Shown one piece after another: positions 1 to 12,148 of a stretch of 64,000 nucleotides of DNA. Source of the stretch: Scyliorhinus canicula (taxonomy: Eukaryota); assembly GCF_902713615.1 (NCBI RefSeq), contig NC_052157.1, forward strand, positions 58,416,325 to 58,480,324, written 5' to 3'. Each line of letters starts with the position of its first letter. The first letter of the stretch is position 1. The position numbers were made by a program, and so were the translations under genes. Below the pieces are notes generated by a model. The model made no database searches and was not told the DNA's origin. It saw only the letters and a list, made by a program, of their open reading frames with translations.

Positions 1-755
1 ACTGGGTGAGGGCGGATAAACAGCTCACAGCTCGGGGAGAACAGGTTCATCACTTTGTCCAAAATCTTCCAAAGTTAAATTGAAACCTGACCCCAGCAGG
101 ACAGGAACAATTTGAAACCATCTCCAAAACAGCAGCTTAAACAGAATAAGAGTTCTCTTGAACCGGAATTATCAACTCTGTTTCTCTCCACACAGACGCT
201 GACAGACCTGCTGAGGTTTTCCAGAATTTTCTGGGGGGTTTTCAGATCTCCGACATCTGCAGTGTTTTGCTTTCACTGGAATCAGGTGATCAGGTTATTG
301 ATCACATTGCTGTTTGTGGGATCTTGCTGTGCATCAACTAGTCACAAATCAATCCAGTCGGAAATCAGAAGGTATTTATTTACCAGAGTGTTCCGAATGA
401 ACATTCAGGAATTATTTCACTGTCTGTGAATCGATTTGGGATGTCCTGAGAAAGGTGCTGCAGAAATTTGATTCTTTTGTCGATATGTAAGACTTTTAAA
501 CAGGATTAGAGAGATCGATAAGAGTGCATAATCCGATAACATTGATATGGACTCTCAATACATTTAATTATTGATATTAAAGAGAGTATTAAAGGTTGCT
601 TTAGGACTGAAGTGGAAATATCATCAGGTTATTGATAATCAGACACTGTGTTATAATAAGCTGTGTTTTGTATTAATGTGTAAATGTCACAGTTTGTGTT
701 ATTTCCCATTGAGTGTTGGATGTGAATTGTTGAGTAATTATAATACAGCACTTAC

Positions 756-1533
756 CAGAAACATGAAGCCGTGTTGCAGGATAATAGTTATGGCCGAGAC
801 CACTGTCAAATTCTATCCTGAAAAAATAAGGTCCCGTATCTTCCCGCCTGATGTTGTTTATTATCAGGGAACAGTCTCCGTCTTTCAGGTCTCCAGACAG
901 CCGGGTCCGATGGCGGAACCGTGGCAATTCGTGTTTGTGATCCTTGGAGTGGAAGGCTAGGGGCGCCCAGGGATTCACTTCCTCAATATTAAACCAGACT
1001 ATTCTTCGCGGTTGGTTTTTCAGACACAATGGATAACTGCAATGACTTGGAATCTTCACACACGAACCTTCCTGCGCTGTTACCTCTCGTAGAGTTTGGC
1101 CTTTCCACCAGAAACGGCCCTAGGGTTGCTGGCACCCCGGGCAAGCTGAACTTCGGCGCCCTTCGGTTGGGGGGGGGGGCTCCGTTCACCGAGGGAAGGG
1201 GGGGGGCGCCGGAGTGACCTGGTACATGATCGGGACCCACCGATCGGCGGGCCGGTCTTTCTGTCGGCAGGCCTCCTTTCTTCCACCGGCGTGCCTGGAT
1301 CCATCCGCCATGTTTGTGCGGGGCGGCCTGGGGGAGGGCGGCCACCGCGCATGCGCTGGTTGGTACCGGCCCAACTGCGCATGCGCGGGACCCGAGTCTT
1401 TTACGCGGCGCCGGGTCTCTGACGCCGGTCACACACTCCTTGATGGCGCCCCCTAGCACATGGCGCCCCGGGCGACTGCCCGAGTTGCCGGTACCTTGAG
1501 CCGGCCCTGCTTTCCACTCTTGTGACAGTTCAG
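756..1533 (-). pseudogene. Siglec-like V-set Ig exon (V2), interrupted by a hAT MITE
   Basis: AG acceptor at 1535-1534 and GTAAGT donor at 755-750, phase 1/1. Removing 1109-1509 plus one TSD copy gives a 369-nt open exon: ELSQEWKGQTLREVTAQEGSCVKIPSHCSYP...W...RTRLSGDLKDGDCSLIINNIRREDTGPYFFRIEF...TRLHVS. The net 409-nt insertion shifts the frame. Confidence 0.88.
1109..1509. mobile_element. Non-autonomous hAT-type MITE, 401 bp
   Basis: 8-bp TSD CTTTCCAC at 1101-1108 and 1510-1517. Imperfect TIRs CAGAAACGGCCCTAGG / CAGGGCCGGCTCAAGG (11/16). GC-rich interior. Confidence 0.88.
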
Positions 1534-1589
1534 CTGGAGAAAAAGATATCAATATTTACCACTGGGTGGCTTGTAGGCCCACGAGACTC

Positions 1590-1990
1590 AAAATGTATCT
1601 GAATTAGGGAGAAAGTCAATACTGAGGAAGACTGTGATCGCTGACTTTGGCAGGAAAAATAAAAAAGCTGAATATTATTTATTCTTTTATTTTAAAAGAA
1701 GAGGGACTACAGAATGTGGTGTAAAGGGATCTGAGTGTCTTTGTACATGAATTACAAAATGTTAGTATTCGTCTAGAGCAAGTGATTGGGAAGGTAAATG
1801 GAATGTAGGCCTTTATTGAAAGGGGGATGGAGTATAAAAGCAGGGAAATCTTGCTGCACCTGCACAGGGTGTTGGTGAGTTAACATTGAGAGTACTGAGT
1901 ACAGTTCTGGTCTGCATGCTTAAGGAGGGATATTCTTCCATCAGAAACTGTGAATGTTCACTATGCTGATTTCTGTGGCTGGTGGGTTAT
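1590..1990 (+). mobile_element. CR1 LINE RT fragment (degenerate)
   Basis: Sequence resembles the CR1 RT C-terminal region seen elsewhere in the window (compare 44400-44720). No open frame. Confidence 0.7.
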
Positions 1991-2289
1991 CTTATGGGGA
2001 AAGGTTGAACTCATTGGAGTACTGGCCTGGAGCAGGTGGATCTGTCCATGGCAGCATCAGTAGACGTGATCGCTGTATAGTCCTTGTGGAGACAATGTCC
2101 CGTCTTCGCATTGAGGATACCCTCCATTGTGTTGTGTGACACGACCACCGTGCTAAATCGGATAGACTTCGAACAGATCTGGCAATTCAAGACTGGGCAT
2201 CCATGAAGTGCTGTGGGCCATCAGCAGCAGCAGAATTGTACTCAACCACAATCTGCAACCTCATGGCCCAGCATACTTCTACACTTTCT

Positions 2290-5262
2290 GGGTCCGTATC
2301 CCTCTATTCTCATCCTATTCATGTATTTGTCAAGATGCCCCTTAAATGTCACTATCGTCCCTGCTTCCACCACCTCCTCCAGCAGCGAGTTTTAGGCACC
2401 CACTACCCTCTGTGTAAAAAAACTTGCCTCGTACATCTCCTCTAAACCTTGCCCCTTGCACCTTAAACCTATGCCCCCTAGTAATTGACCCCTCTACCCT
2501 GGGGAAAAGCCTCTGACTATCCACTCTGTCTATGCCCCTCATAATTTTGTAGACATCTATCAGGTCACCCCTCAACTTCCGTCGTTCCAGTGAGAACAAA
2601 CCGAGTTTATTCAACCGCACCTCAAAGCTAATACCCTCCATACCAGGCAACATCCTGGTAAATCTCTTCTGCACCCTCTCTAAAGCCTCCACATCCTTCT
2701 GGTAGTGTGGCGACCAGAATTGAACACTATACTCCAAGTGTGGCCTAACTAAGGTTCGATACAACTGCAACATGACTTGCCAATTTTTATACTCAATTTC
2801 CCGGCCAATGAAGGCAAGCATGCCGTATGCCTTCTTCACTACCTTCTCCACCTGTGTTGCCCCTTTCAGTGACCTGTGGACTTGTACACCTAGATCTCTC
2901 TGACTTTCAATACTCTTGAGGGTTCTACCATTCACTGTATATTCCCTACCTACATTAGACCTTCCAAAATGCATTACCTCACATTTGTCTGGCTTAAACT
3001 CCATCTGCCATCTCTCCGCCCAAGTCTCCAAACAATCTAAATCCTGCTGTATCCTCTGACAGTCCTCATCGCCATCCGCAATTCCACCAATCTTTGTGTC
3101 GTCTGCAAACTTACTAATCAGACCAGTTAAATTTTCCTCCAAATCATTTATATATACTACGAACAGCAAAGGTCCCAGCACTGATCCCTGCAGAACACCA
3201 CTAGTCACAGCCCTCCAATTAGAAAAGCACCCTTCCATTGCTACTCTCTGCCTTCTATGACCTAGCCAGTTCTGTATCCACCTTGCCAGCTCACCCCGAT
3301 CCCTTGTGACTTCACCTTTTGTACTAGTCTATCATGAGGGACCTTGTCAAAGGCCTTACTGAAGTCCATATAGACAACATCCACTGCCCTACCTGCATCA
3401 GTCATCTTTGTGACCTCTTCGAAAAACTCTATCAAGTTCGTGATACACAGCCTCCCCTTCACAAAACCATGCTGCCTCTCACTAATACGTCCATTTGCTT
3501 CCAAATGAGAGTAGATCCTGTCTCGAAGAATTTTCTCCAGTAATTTCCCTACCACTGACGTAAGGCTCACCGACCTGTAGTTCCCTGGATTATCCTTGCT
3601 ACCCTTCTTAAACAAAGGAACAACATTGGCTATTCTCCAGTCATCCAGGACATCACCTGAAGACAGTGAGGATCCAAACATTTCTGTCAAGGCCTCAGCA
3701 ATTTCCTCTCTAGCCTCCTTCAGTATTCTGGGGTAGATCCCATCAGGCCCTGGGGACTTATCTCCCTTAATATTTTTCAAGACGCCCAACACCTCATCTT
3801 TCTGGATCTCAATGTGACCCAGGCTATCTATACACCCTTCTCCAGACTCAACATTCACCAATTCCTTCTCTTTGGTGAATACTGATGCAATGTATTCATT
3901 TAGTACCTCGCCCATTTCATCTGGCTCCCCACGTAAATTCCCTTGCCTATCCTTCAGTGGGCCAACCCTTTCCCTGGCTACCCTCTTGCTTTTTATGTAT
4001 GTGTAAAAAGCCTTGGGATTTTCCTTAACCCTATTTTCCAATGACTTTCCGTGACCCCTTCTAGCCCTCCTGACTCCTTGCTTAAGTTCCGTCCTACGTT
4101 CCTTATATTCCACACAGGCTTCGTCTGTTCCCAGCCACTAGCCCTGACAATTGGCTCCTTTTTCTTTTTGACGAGGCCTACAATATCTCGCGTTATCCAA
4201 GGTTCGCGAAATTTGCCGTATTTATCCTTCTTCCTCACAGGAATATGCTGGTCCTGAATTCCTTTCAACTGACATTTGAAAGCCTCCCATATGTCAGATG
4301 TTGATTTACCCTCAAACATCCACCCCCAGTCTAGGTTCTTCAGTTCCCGCCTAATATTGTTATAATTAGCCTTACCCCAATTTAGCACATTCACCCAAGG
4401 ACCACTCTTATCCTTGTCCAGCAGCACTTTAAAACTTACTGAATTGTGGTCACTGTTTCCGAAATGCTCCCTTACTGAAACTTCTATCACCTGGCCGGGC
4501 TCATTCCCCAGTACCAGGTCCAGTACAGCCCCTTCCCTAGTTGGACTGTCTCCATATTGTTTAAGAAGCCCACCTGGATGCTCCTTACGAACTTTGCCCC
4601 GTCTAAGCCCCTAGCACTAAGTGAGTCCCAGTCAATATTGGGGAAGTTGAAATCTCCCGTCACAACAGCCCTGTTGTTTTTATTCGTTTCCAAAATCTGT
4701 CTACCTATCTGCTCCTCTATCTCCCACTGGCTGTTGGGAGGCCTGTAGTAAACCCCCAACATTGTGACTGCACCATTCCCATTCCTGATCTCTACCCATA
4801 TTGCCTCGCATCCCTCTGAGGTGTCCTCCCACAGTACAGCTGTGATGCTCTCCCTAACCAGTAATGCAACTCCTCCACCCCTTTTACCTCCCACTCTGTC
4901 TCGCTTGAAACATCTAAATCCTGAAACGATTAGCTGCCGATCCTGTCCTTCCCTCAACCAGGTCTCTGTAATGGCAACAACATCATAGTTCCAAGTACTA
5001 ATCCAAGCTCTAAGTCCATCTGCCTTACCTGTTATACTTCTTGCATTAAAACATATGCACTTCAGGCCACCAGTCCCACTGTTTTTGGCAACATCTCCCT
5101 GTCTTCTCTTCCTCAGAGCCATAATGGCCCTATTCCCTAGTTCTCCCTCAATGTTTTCACCTTCTGACCTATTGCTCCGGTACCCACCCCCCTGCCATAC
5201 TAGTTTAAACCCTCCTGTGTGACACTAGCAAATCTCGTGGCCAGGATACTTATGCCTCTCCA
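2290..5262 (-). mobile_element. CR1 LINE, near-complete ORF2 (APE endonuclease + RT) with stops/frameshifts
   Basis: ORFs 4487-5122 (CICFNARSI..VVAITETWL..GGGVALLV..GDFNFPNIDW), 3262-4113 (KSPGPDGIYPRILKE..QHGFVKG..VDVVYMDFSKAFDKVPH) and 2342-3238 (GVLQGSVLGPLLF..KFADDTK). Confidence 0.95.
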
Positions 5263-7204
5263 GTTGAATCTCGCTGGCCAGGGAGAACAGAAGTTGCAAA
5301 TGGGAAGGACACTTCATTAGAATTTACGAGGACATCAGGGCAGACCTCGCCAGGAGACGGGCCGAATTTAATAGAGCGAAAGCAGCTCATCACAAGAGCA
5401 GAGTGCGTTTTGGTATGCTGTACCCAGCGAAACTCTGGGTCACATACCAAAAAAGAGAATACTTCTTCACAACCCCCGCCGAAGCAAATCAGTTTATTGA
5501 GGAACCTGGGCTGGAAAAACAACAGCGAGGGTAGAAATACGGGGCCCCAGGTAAGGGGCACCCCACCCCTATCAGGGCGAGCGCACCCTGATCAAAGAGA
5601 AAACTGCTACCTGAGGGATCACCACAGGTGGGAGACCAGGCCCCAGCATGAGAGAACGAGAGCAGCGGAGAAGGGAGAGCAAGCGAAGAGAGCGCAGAGT
5701 AGGATGGGGGAAGAGCAGACAGAAAAAACGCAGAGGCTGGGCAAAGGAGAAGCGAGACAGAAATTCCCGAGAGGGGGGTCACCATACTAGCAAGAAAGTT
5801 AACGCTGGGGACATGCAGCAAAGCAGGGCCGCAGCGTGCCCCCAACAGGGGGGAAGGCGCCAGGCAGGGACGGGGGGGGGGACCACTCAACAGAGGCGGG
5901 AGAACAAACGCGGATAGGAGCAGGGGAAAGAGGGACAAAGGAGGGATATACGGGAGGGGGGGGAGAAAAGGGGGGAAAGATAGGGACCGGGTAGGAGGGG
6001 GCACAGGAAGGGAAGGACCCGGGGGGTGGGGAACGCAGGGACAGTGGGACAAACAAGGTTAGAAAAGGAACAACAATAGGGCTACAAAGTGCCACAACAG
6101 AGGGATCGGAACAAGGAATCGCCGCAAGCATCCACCCAGTACGGTCGCTGGGCGAAGGGAGGCCCCAGAGCGCAGGGGACTACCTGCGTGGCAGTCGCAC
6201 AGCGGGCGGCCATGTCGGGTGCCCCCTGGGCGAAGGGAAACCCCGGAGCGCAGGGACCCGACCGCATGGAGAGAGCAGCGACAACGGCCATCCTGGACGG
6301 CCCCCAAACAAAGGGGAACCCCGGAGGGCAGGGGCGCGTCCACCAGGTAAATATGGTTGACCCCGCAGGAGCGAGGGGACAGAAGCCCCCCAACAGGATA
6401 GTCACCTGGAACGTAAGGGGACTCAACGGCCCAGTGAAAAGATCCAGAGTCCTCACCCAATTGTTCCGGGACCTGTCCGTGGCCAATAAACAAGCAGAAG
6501 AGCAGCCAGGTAGCCAAGAAACGGGAAAGTAGCCAAAGTATGAGAGGGAGAGATAGACCGGGAGAGGGGGGGAGGGACAGCTAAATCTAAGAGGAAGGAA
6601 AGGTGAACCACAGCGCTAGGGGGGGGGGGGCGGGGCGGAGGTCAGAAGCGGGGAGAGGGGGGGGCAGAGGGGAGAGACAGGGAACAATAGGGGAGAGCCA
6701 GGGAAGGGGAGGGGGGAGGCAGGAAAACGTTAACAAACTTGGCATCCACAGGAACAGAGAAAATGGGGAAGACGGGAGAGCTGCAGAAGCGGAAGTGCGC
6801 ACGAGACGACAACGTCAGTGAAATCCGTTCGGAAGAAGCAAGGATGCACGAACGGATGCCTACATATGTGTGTAAATAACTTTGCCAAGGGTACAGAGCT
6901 GCCGCTGTTGAGCGGAGGCACAATACCGTCTGCTGACTTCGCGGGGAAAATTAACACTTCAGCAGCAGCAGCGACCCATGGGGGGGGGGGGGGGGGGGCA
7001 TTTCATTTCCTTTTTGTAAGGGGCGCATGCTCTATCCTGTTTTGAATTTACTGTTCATTTGCTAAACTGTTTATCGTTTAGAGGGTTAAGTTGTCCTGTT
7101 CTGTTGGCATGTTGCCCTTCTTTCTTTGTATTATTTTCCTTTTTGGAGGGTTTTGTAAACTTATTGAAAACTCTCAATAAATACATTTTTAAAAAATAAA
7201 TAAA
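5263..7204 (+). mobile_element. L1/Tx1-type LINE remnant, internally deleted
   Basis: ORF1 C-terminus (..RRRAEFNRAK..FGMLYPAKLWVTY..) at about 5290-5510. Endonuclease start NRIVTWNVRGLNGPVKRSRV at about 6395-6460. AATAAA and A-rich tail at about 7170-7204. Confidence 0.8.
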
Positions 7205-7674
7205 TACAAATCACTTACCTTCCCAGGTTCTCAGATGCTCTCTGGTTCTCTCCTTGCACACATTACAGGCCAGAAGAAAGAGAGCGAACAAAACAGTAGG
7301 GAAAAAGCACCTTCTCCCACTCTACACCAAATTATCAAGTTGCAATTCCCACTCTGCGTCTCACTCTGGCTGTGTCTCCTTGATCTGCGCAACGCTTACT
7401 GAGTGCGCTTTCTGTCTGTCTTTTATACAGACCTCAGCTAACCAGGGTGACTCACACTACTTAAGTTTCAAAGAGAAGAATACAATGTGCATCTTTGTGC
7501 CCCTAAACAGGCCTCAGGTGACTGACAGATAACTGCCTCTCAGCAATTAGGGTGGGGGCAGCTTCAGCCAATCAGACACAGAGCCACACACTGCACTTTT
7601 AACTGAAAAACAGCAGAATTAGACTTACCACTTACCTTTCCTGATTACTTCACTGCACCAAATTACCAAATTAC

Positions 7675-9050
7675 CAATGTGAGAGTGACTGCTCTTGACA
7701 TCAAGGCAGCATTTGAGTATGGCATCAAGGAGCCCCAACAATACTGGAGTCGATGGCAATCAGGTGAAAAACTCTTCATTGGTTTGAGTCACACCTGCCA
7801 CAAAGGAAGATGGTTGTGGTGGTTGAAGGCTAATCATCTCAGCTTCAGGTCATCACTGCAGGAGTTCCTCAGGGTAGCGTCTGAGGTTGAACCATCTTCA
7901 GCTGCTTCATCAATGACTGCCCTTCCATCATTTAAAAATAAAATTTGGAGTTCTCAATTTTTTTTCCCAATTAAGGGGCAATTTAGCGTGGCCAATTCAC
8001 CTAACCTGCACATCTTTTGGGTTGTGGGGGTGAAACCCACGCAGACATGGGGAGAATGTGCAAACTCCACACAGACAGTGACCCGGGGCCGGGATCAAAC
8101 CTGGGTCCTCACGCCATGAGTCAGCATGCTAACCATTGTGCCACTGTGCTGCCCCTTCCTTCCATCATAAGGTCAGAAGTGGGATTTGTTGCAGATGACT
8201 GTACAATGTTCAGCACCATTTGCAATTCCCCAGATACTGAAGCAATCCATGTCCAAATGCAGCAAGACCTCGACAATATTTAGGCTTGGGCTAACAATTG
8301 GAAACTTACATTCGTACCAGACAAGTGCTAAGCAATTACCATCTCCAACATGAGAGGATCTAACCATCATCCCTTGACATTCAACGGCATTACCGTTGCT
8401 GAATCCCTCACAATCAACATCCTGGGGATTACCATTGATCAGAAACTGAACTGGACTAGCCATATTAATACTGTGGCTACCAGAACAGATTAAAGGCTAG
8501 GAATCCTGCAGTGAGTAATCCAACTCCTGAATCCCGAAGACCGATCCAACATCTACAAGACACAAGTCAGGAATCTAATTGGATACTCTCCACTACCTGG
8601 ACGACAGCAGCTCCACAACACTCAAGAAGCTCAACACCATCCAGTACTAAACAGCCCGCTTGATTGCTCCCCCTTCCATAAACATTCACTCCCTTCACCA
8701 CCGACGAACAGTGGCAGCCGTGTGTACCATCTACAATATGCACTGCAGGAACTCACCAGGCTCCTTCGGCAGCACCTTCCAAACCCATGACAACTACCAT
8801 CTGACATATACCTGGGACCCACCACCTGGAGGTTGCCCTCGAAGTCACTCACCACCCTGACTTGGAAATATATTGGCCGTTCCTTCACTGTTGCTGGGTC
8901 AAAATCCTGGAACATCCTCCCTAACAGCATTGTGCGTGTGCCTACATGTCAGGGATTGCAGCGGTCCAAGAAGGTAGCTTACCACCACCTTAAGACGGGC
9001 AACTGGGGATGGGCAATAAATGCTGGCCGACCCAATGGAGCCCACATCAC
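7675..9050 (+). mobile_element. Degenerate LINE RT fragment (CR1/L2/Jockey group)
   Basis: RVTALDIKAAF, FVADDCTMFSTI motifs and a 3' tail with AATAAA. Related pieces at about 2000-2285, 21490-21935 and 30280-30600. Confidence 0.7.
7932..8157 (-). mobile_element. tRNA-derived SINE (HE1/V-SINE-like, short type)
   Basis: TSD CCTTCCATCAT at 7921-7931 and 8158-8168. Same family as 12711-12920, 29284-29487 and 41106-41328. Confidence 0.88.
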
Positions 9051-9054
9051 TTAA

Positions 9055-9172
9055 ATAAATGATTTTAAAAAGTTTAGAAGAATGATAGGTGATCTTATTG
9101 AACCATGTAATATTCTGCGGGGGTTTGACAGGATAGATACTGAGAGGATGTTGCTCATTGTGAGAATCCAAA

Positions 9173-9212
<40 letters not shown>

Positions 9213-9480
9213 CTGAGATTCAAAATAAGGGGTCAATAAATGAAGACAAAGACGAAGAGGAATTTTTTTCCCTCAGTGAGTCATTAGTCTGGGTAACTCT
9301 CTTCCCCAGAAAACAGTGAAAGTTTTGGGTCATTGAAGATATTTTAAGCTGATTTAGAGCTTTGATCAATGAGGGAGTCAAGGGTTACGGGGAGACTGTC
9401 AGGAAAGTCGAAGTTGAGACCACAACTAGATTAGCCATGATCATATTGAATATTGGGGTATGCTCGAGACGTTGACCTGC
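9055..9480 (+). mobile_element. CR1 3' fragment containing a G38 homopolymer (9176-9213)
   Basis: CR1-type 3' sequence (gatcttattgaa..gggtttgacagg..ttagccatgatcatattgaa) with a pure G run. Confidence 0.7.
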
Positions 9481-10189
9481 TAAGCTAAATTTTCTCATTG
9501 CCAAACAGGTTCAGGAGAGGCCCGGGCCCTGGACAGCCAACCTGTGGGGCCTCAGTATAAACCTATTACCGGCAAGATTCCCCCCGACAGACTAAAAGGG
9601 GACTGGTCATCTTGAACTCAGTAAATATGGAGAAGGTTAAGAAATAAACAGCAGTGAATTGGGTGACTCTGGTTTATGGAGGGGAGAATGTGCATTTGAA
9701 TAGTGAAGCCTGGTGGTAAGGAAGACATGGATGAGAGTTTCAGCAGCAGATGAGCAGAGACAGGGTGAAGTTGGGCGATATTCCGGAGGTGCAAATCAGC
9801 GGTCTTGTGATGGCACGGATATGAAGTCAGAAAATCATCTCAGGATCAAATGATGATCTCACTTTTATGACAGCTTAATTGCACCTTTTGCTGCCACAAA
9901 GTCTGTTTGTCTTTTGAACCAGTTTCAAAAGAAAATCACTGCACAGGATGCATACACATCCTAACACAGGCTTTTAAAACATTACTGCAATAAATATATA
10001 TAATATAATATAGGTCAAATTTCTTACATCCATCACAACACCTCATTAAAAAAATGAACCAGCAATATGAAAAGATGGCTTCATTTTCCAAAGCCTTTTA
10101 ACTTTAAACATTACTAAGCATCACTAATGCTCTATTAGGTACACATATTATTATATTTCGGCATGCAAATTTAAACATGATCTATTTCA

Positions 10190-11110
10190 GTCTCCCTTTT
10201 CTAACTTTGAACATTCCATTCTTTTCACATCTCAAAGTCATGATAAAGCAGCTGAAATTACATTTTCCCTTCCTGTAAAATGTACAATTTTTAAGTTGAA
10301 TGGTTGGAGCAATAAATTCCATCTAAACTCTCTTGCATTTCGATCCTTAAACTTCTCCAAAAATGTTAATGGATTATGGCCGATATATACAATTGTCTCC
10401 AATGAAGTGTTAGCAGCATTAATGCCAAAATGTTGCAATGGCGTGGAGCAACCACACTGCTAAAATGTGGCAAGAATTTCCTGTAGAAATCACTCATTCC
10501 CAAAGATCTCAGAACTTCTCTTCTCGTTGACGTTATTGGCAACTCCAAATAGCTTTCATTTTCACATTCTATGGGGGCATCTGACCATGTCCAACTGTAC
10601 GGCCTAAGAATGTGAATTGAGCACTCTCAAATTCACTTTTAACCAAGGTTGTCACCAAACCAACCACTTGCAGTTGATCGAACCTTTAAATATTCAAAAT
10701 GCTCCTTCCACATTTGACTAAACACCATCAGATGTCTGTGTATCCTGCACAATTCTTTCATCTAGAAATGACCTTTTTGGTTAGTCTTTGGAATGTTGTT
10801 GCAACAGTCTTATTCTAAATGGCATAACTTTAACTTGATACCATTTGGCGTTACGAAAGCCGAAACTTCCTTTGCCCTGTCTGATGAAGGTACTTTCCAG
10901 TATCCTTTAAGTAATTTAAGTTTGATAATGAAATTTGCATGTCCCACCTTTTCACTAGTCTTCCAAATGAGGAATAGGATACAAATCTGACATTGTAACT
11001 GCATTGACGTTTTGACAGTCCACACACAATCATTACCTTCACTCTGGTTTTGGTCAAGCAAAACCCATCACAGTACAAAAATTACTTAAATAAAGTTATA
11101 AAACACAGGG
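10190..11110 (-). mobile_element. Gypsy pol remnant (RT/RNaseH)
   Basis: Peptides KVGHANFIIKLKLLKGYWKVP..SAFVTPNG and FRWNLLLQPFNLKIVHFTGRENV in broken frames. Confidence 0.8.
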
Positions 11111-11782
11111 TTAATGCCATTCTCTGGCAAGAGAATTTTTTTGGAAGACTGCTTAAAGAGAGAGAGAGAGATTCTTTGCATAAAAAGGTTGCAGATCCCT
11201 ATCTGTCAGACTAATGCTGAATCTGACAGTCTACAAAAGCTCGATCTTAGTGACAGAGAATCCATGAGTTGTCAGCAGGCGGAGCTCTTTGAGGAGAATG
11301 TTTTCTCTGCGGACATCAGGAGGAGAGTGAACTCACAGGAGAGAGAGCACGATGAGTTAAGGTGGAGACTGAGTGAGTGGAACAGTGAAGATATCCCAGT
11401 GGGAACGTTGTTATCGTCTCTGGGAGGACAATAGAGAAGGGGATTTTGAAAGGGAGGTGAGAGGGTGGGACGCAGTGAGATGTTCAAAAGAGGAGAAAGT
11501 GACAGACGAGTCGGTGGGGGTGGGGGGAGGTCAGGCCAAGATGTGATTTGGACATAAACACCACACAAGGTCCATTCCCCTTAGATAGAGCTATGTTAAA
11601 ACTATGATGTTGATTCAATCAAACACAGTAAACTAATGGATCTGGAAGTAGAAATAGAAAATCATTAAAAACAGTGATGCTGGTTAACATGGCCACAAAT
11701 CCAGAAAATCAAACATTGGGATGTGTTACTACCCATTGAGTGTTGGATGTGAATTGTTATGTAATTATAACACAGCACTTAC

Positions 11783-12148
11783 CAGAAATGTGAAGCTGGG
11801 TTCCAGGATAATAGTTGTAGCTATTTTGGCTGTCAAATACTATTCTGAAAAAATAAGGTCCTGCATCTTCCAATTTGATGTTGTTTATAATCAGGGAACA
11901 GTCTCCGTTTTCCAGGTCTCCAGACAGCCGGGTCCGATTGCGGAACTGCAGTGTCTCGTGATTGTGATCCTTGGAGTGAAAGACGATAGATGATGGTGAC
12001 TGTTTCTTGCTTTTGTACCAGATTCCGACTCGCAGATGGTTTGCCAAATGTGATGGGTGTGTGTAATGACATGCAATCTGTACACACAAACCTTCCTGCG
12101 CTGTCACCTCTCTTGGAGTGACATAATTCCACTCTTGAGACAGTCCAA
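11783..12148 (-). CDS. Siglec-like (CD33/MAG/CD22-type) N-terminal V-set Ig domain exon (V1), intact
   Basis: AG at 12150-12149, GTAAGT at 11782-11777, 366 nt, phase 1/1, open. Encodes GLSQEW..EGLCVQIACHY..GIWY..RTRLSGDLENGDCSLIINNIKLEDAGPYFFRIVF..GTQLHIS, with the Siglec-typical extra Cys (GLCV), B/F-type Cys pattern and the F-strand Arg in YFFR. Confidence 0.9.

Noticed and set aside
1-120. Possible C2-set exon downstream of V2
   Set aside because: All three frames after the candidate acceptor stop quickly and show no Ig motif.
989-1552. 187-aa ORF reading through the MITE as a new protein; rescue of V2 through a cryptic AG near the MITE end
   Set aside because: The ORF is frameshifted V2 plus GC-rich MITE sequence. 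The AG at ccctag would join in the wrong frame for a phase-1 upstream exon.
11740-11783. Rearranging Ig/TCR V gene (leader + V exon) with an RSS
   Set aside because: Both V exons run through the G strand and end in a GTAAGT splice donor with no CACAGTG/nonamer. The sequence motifs are Siglec-type.
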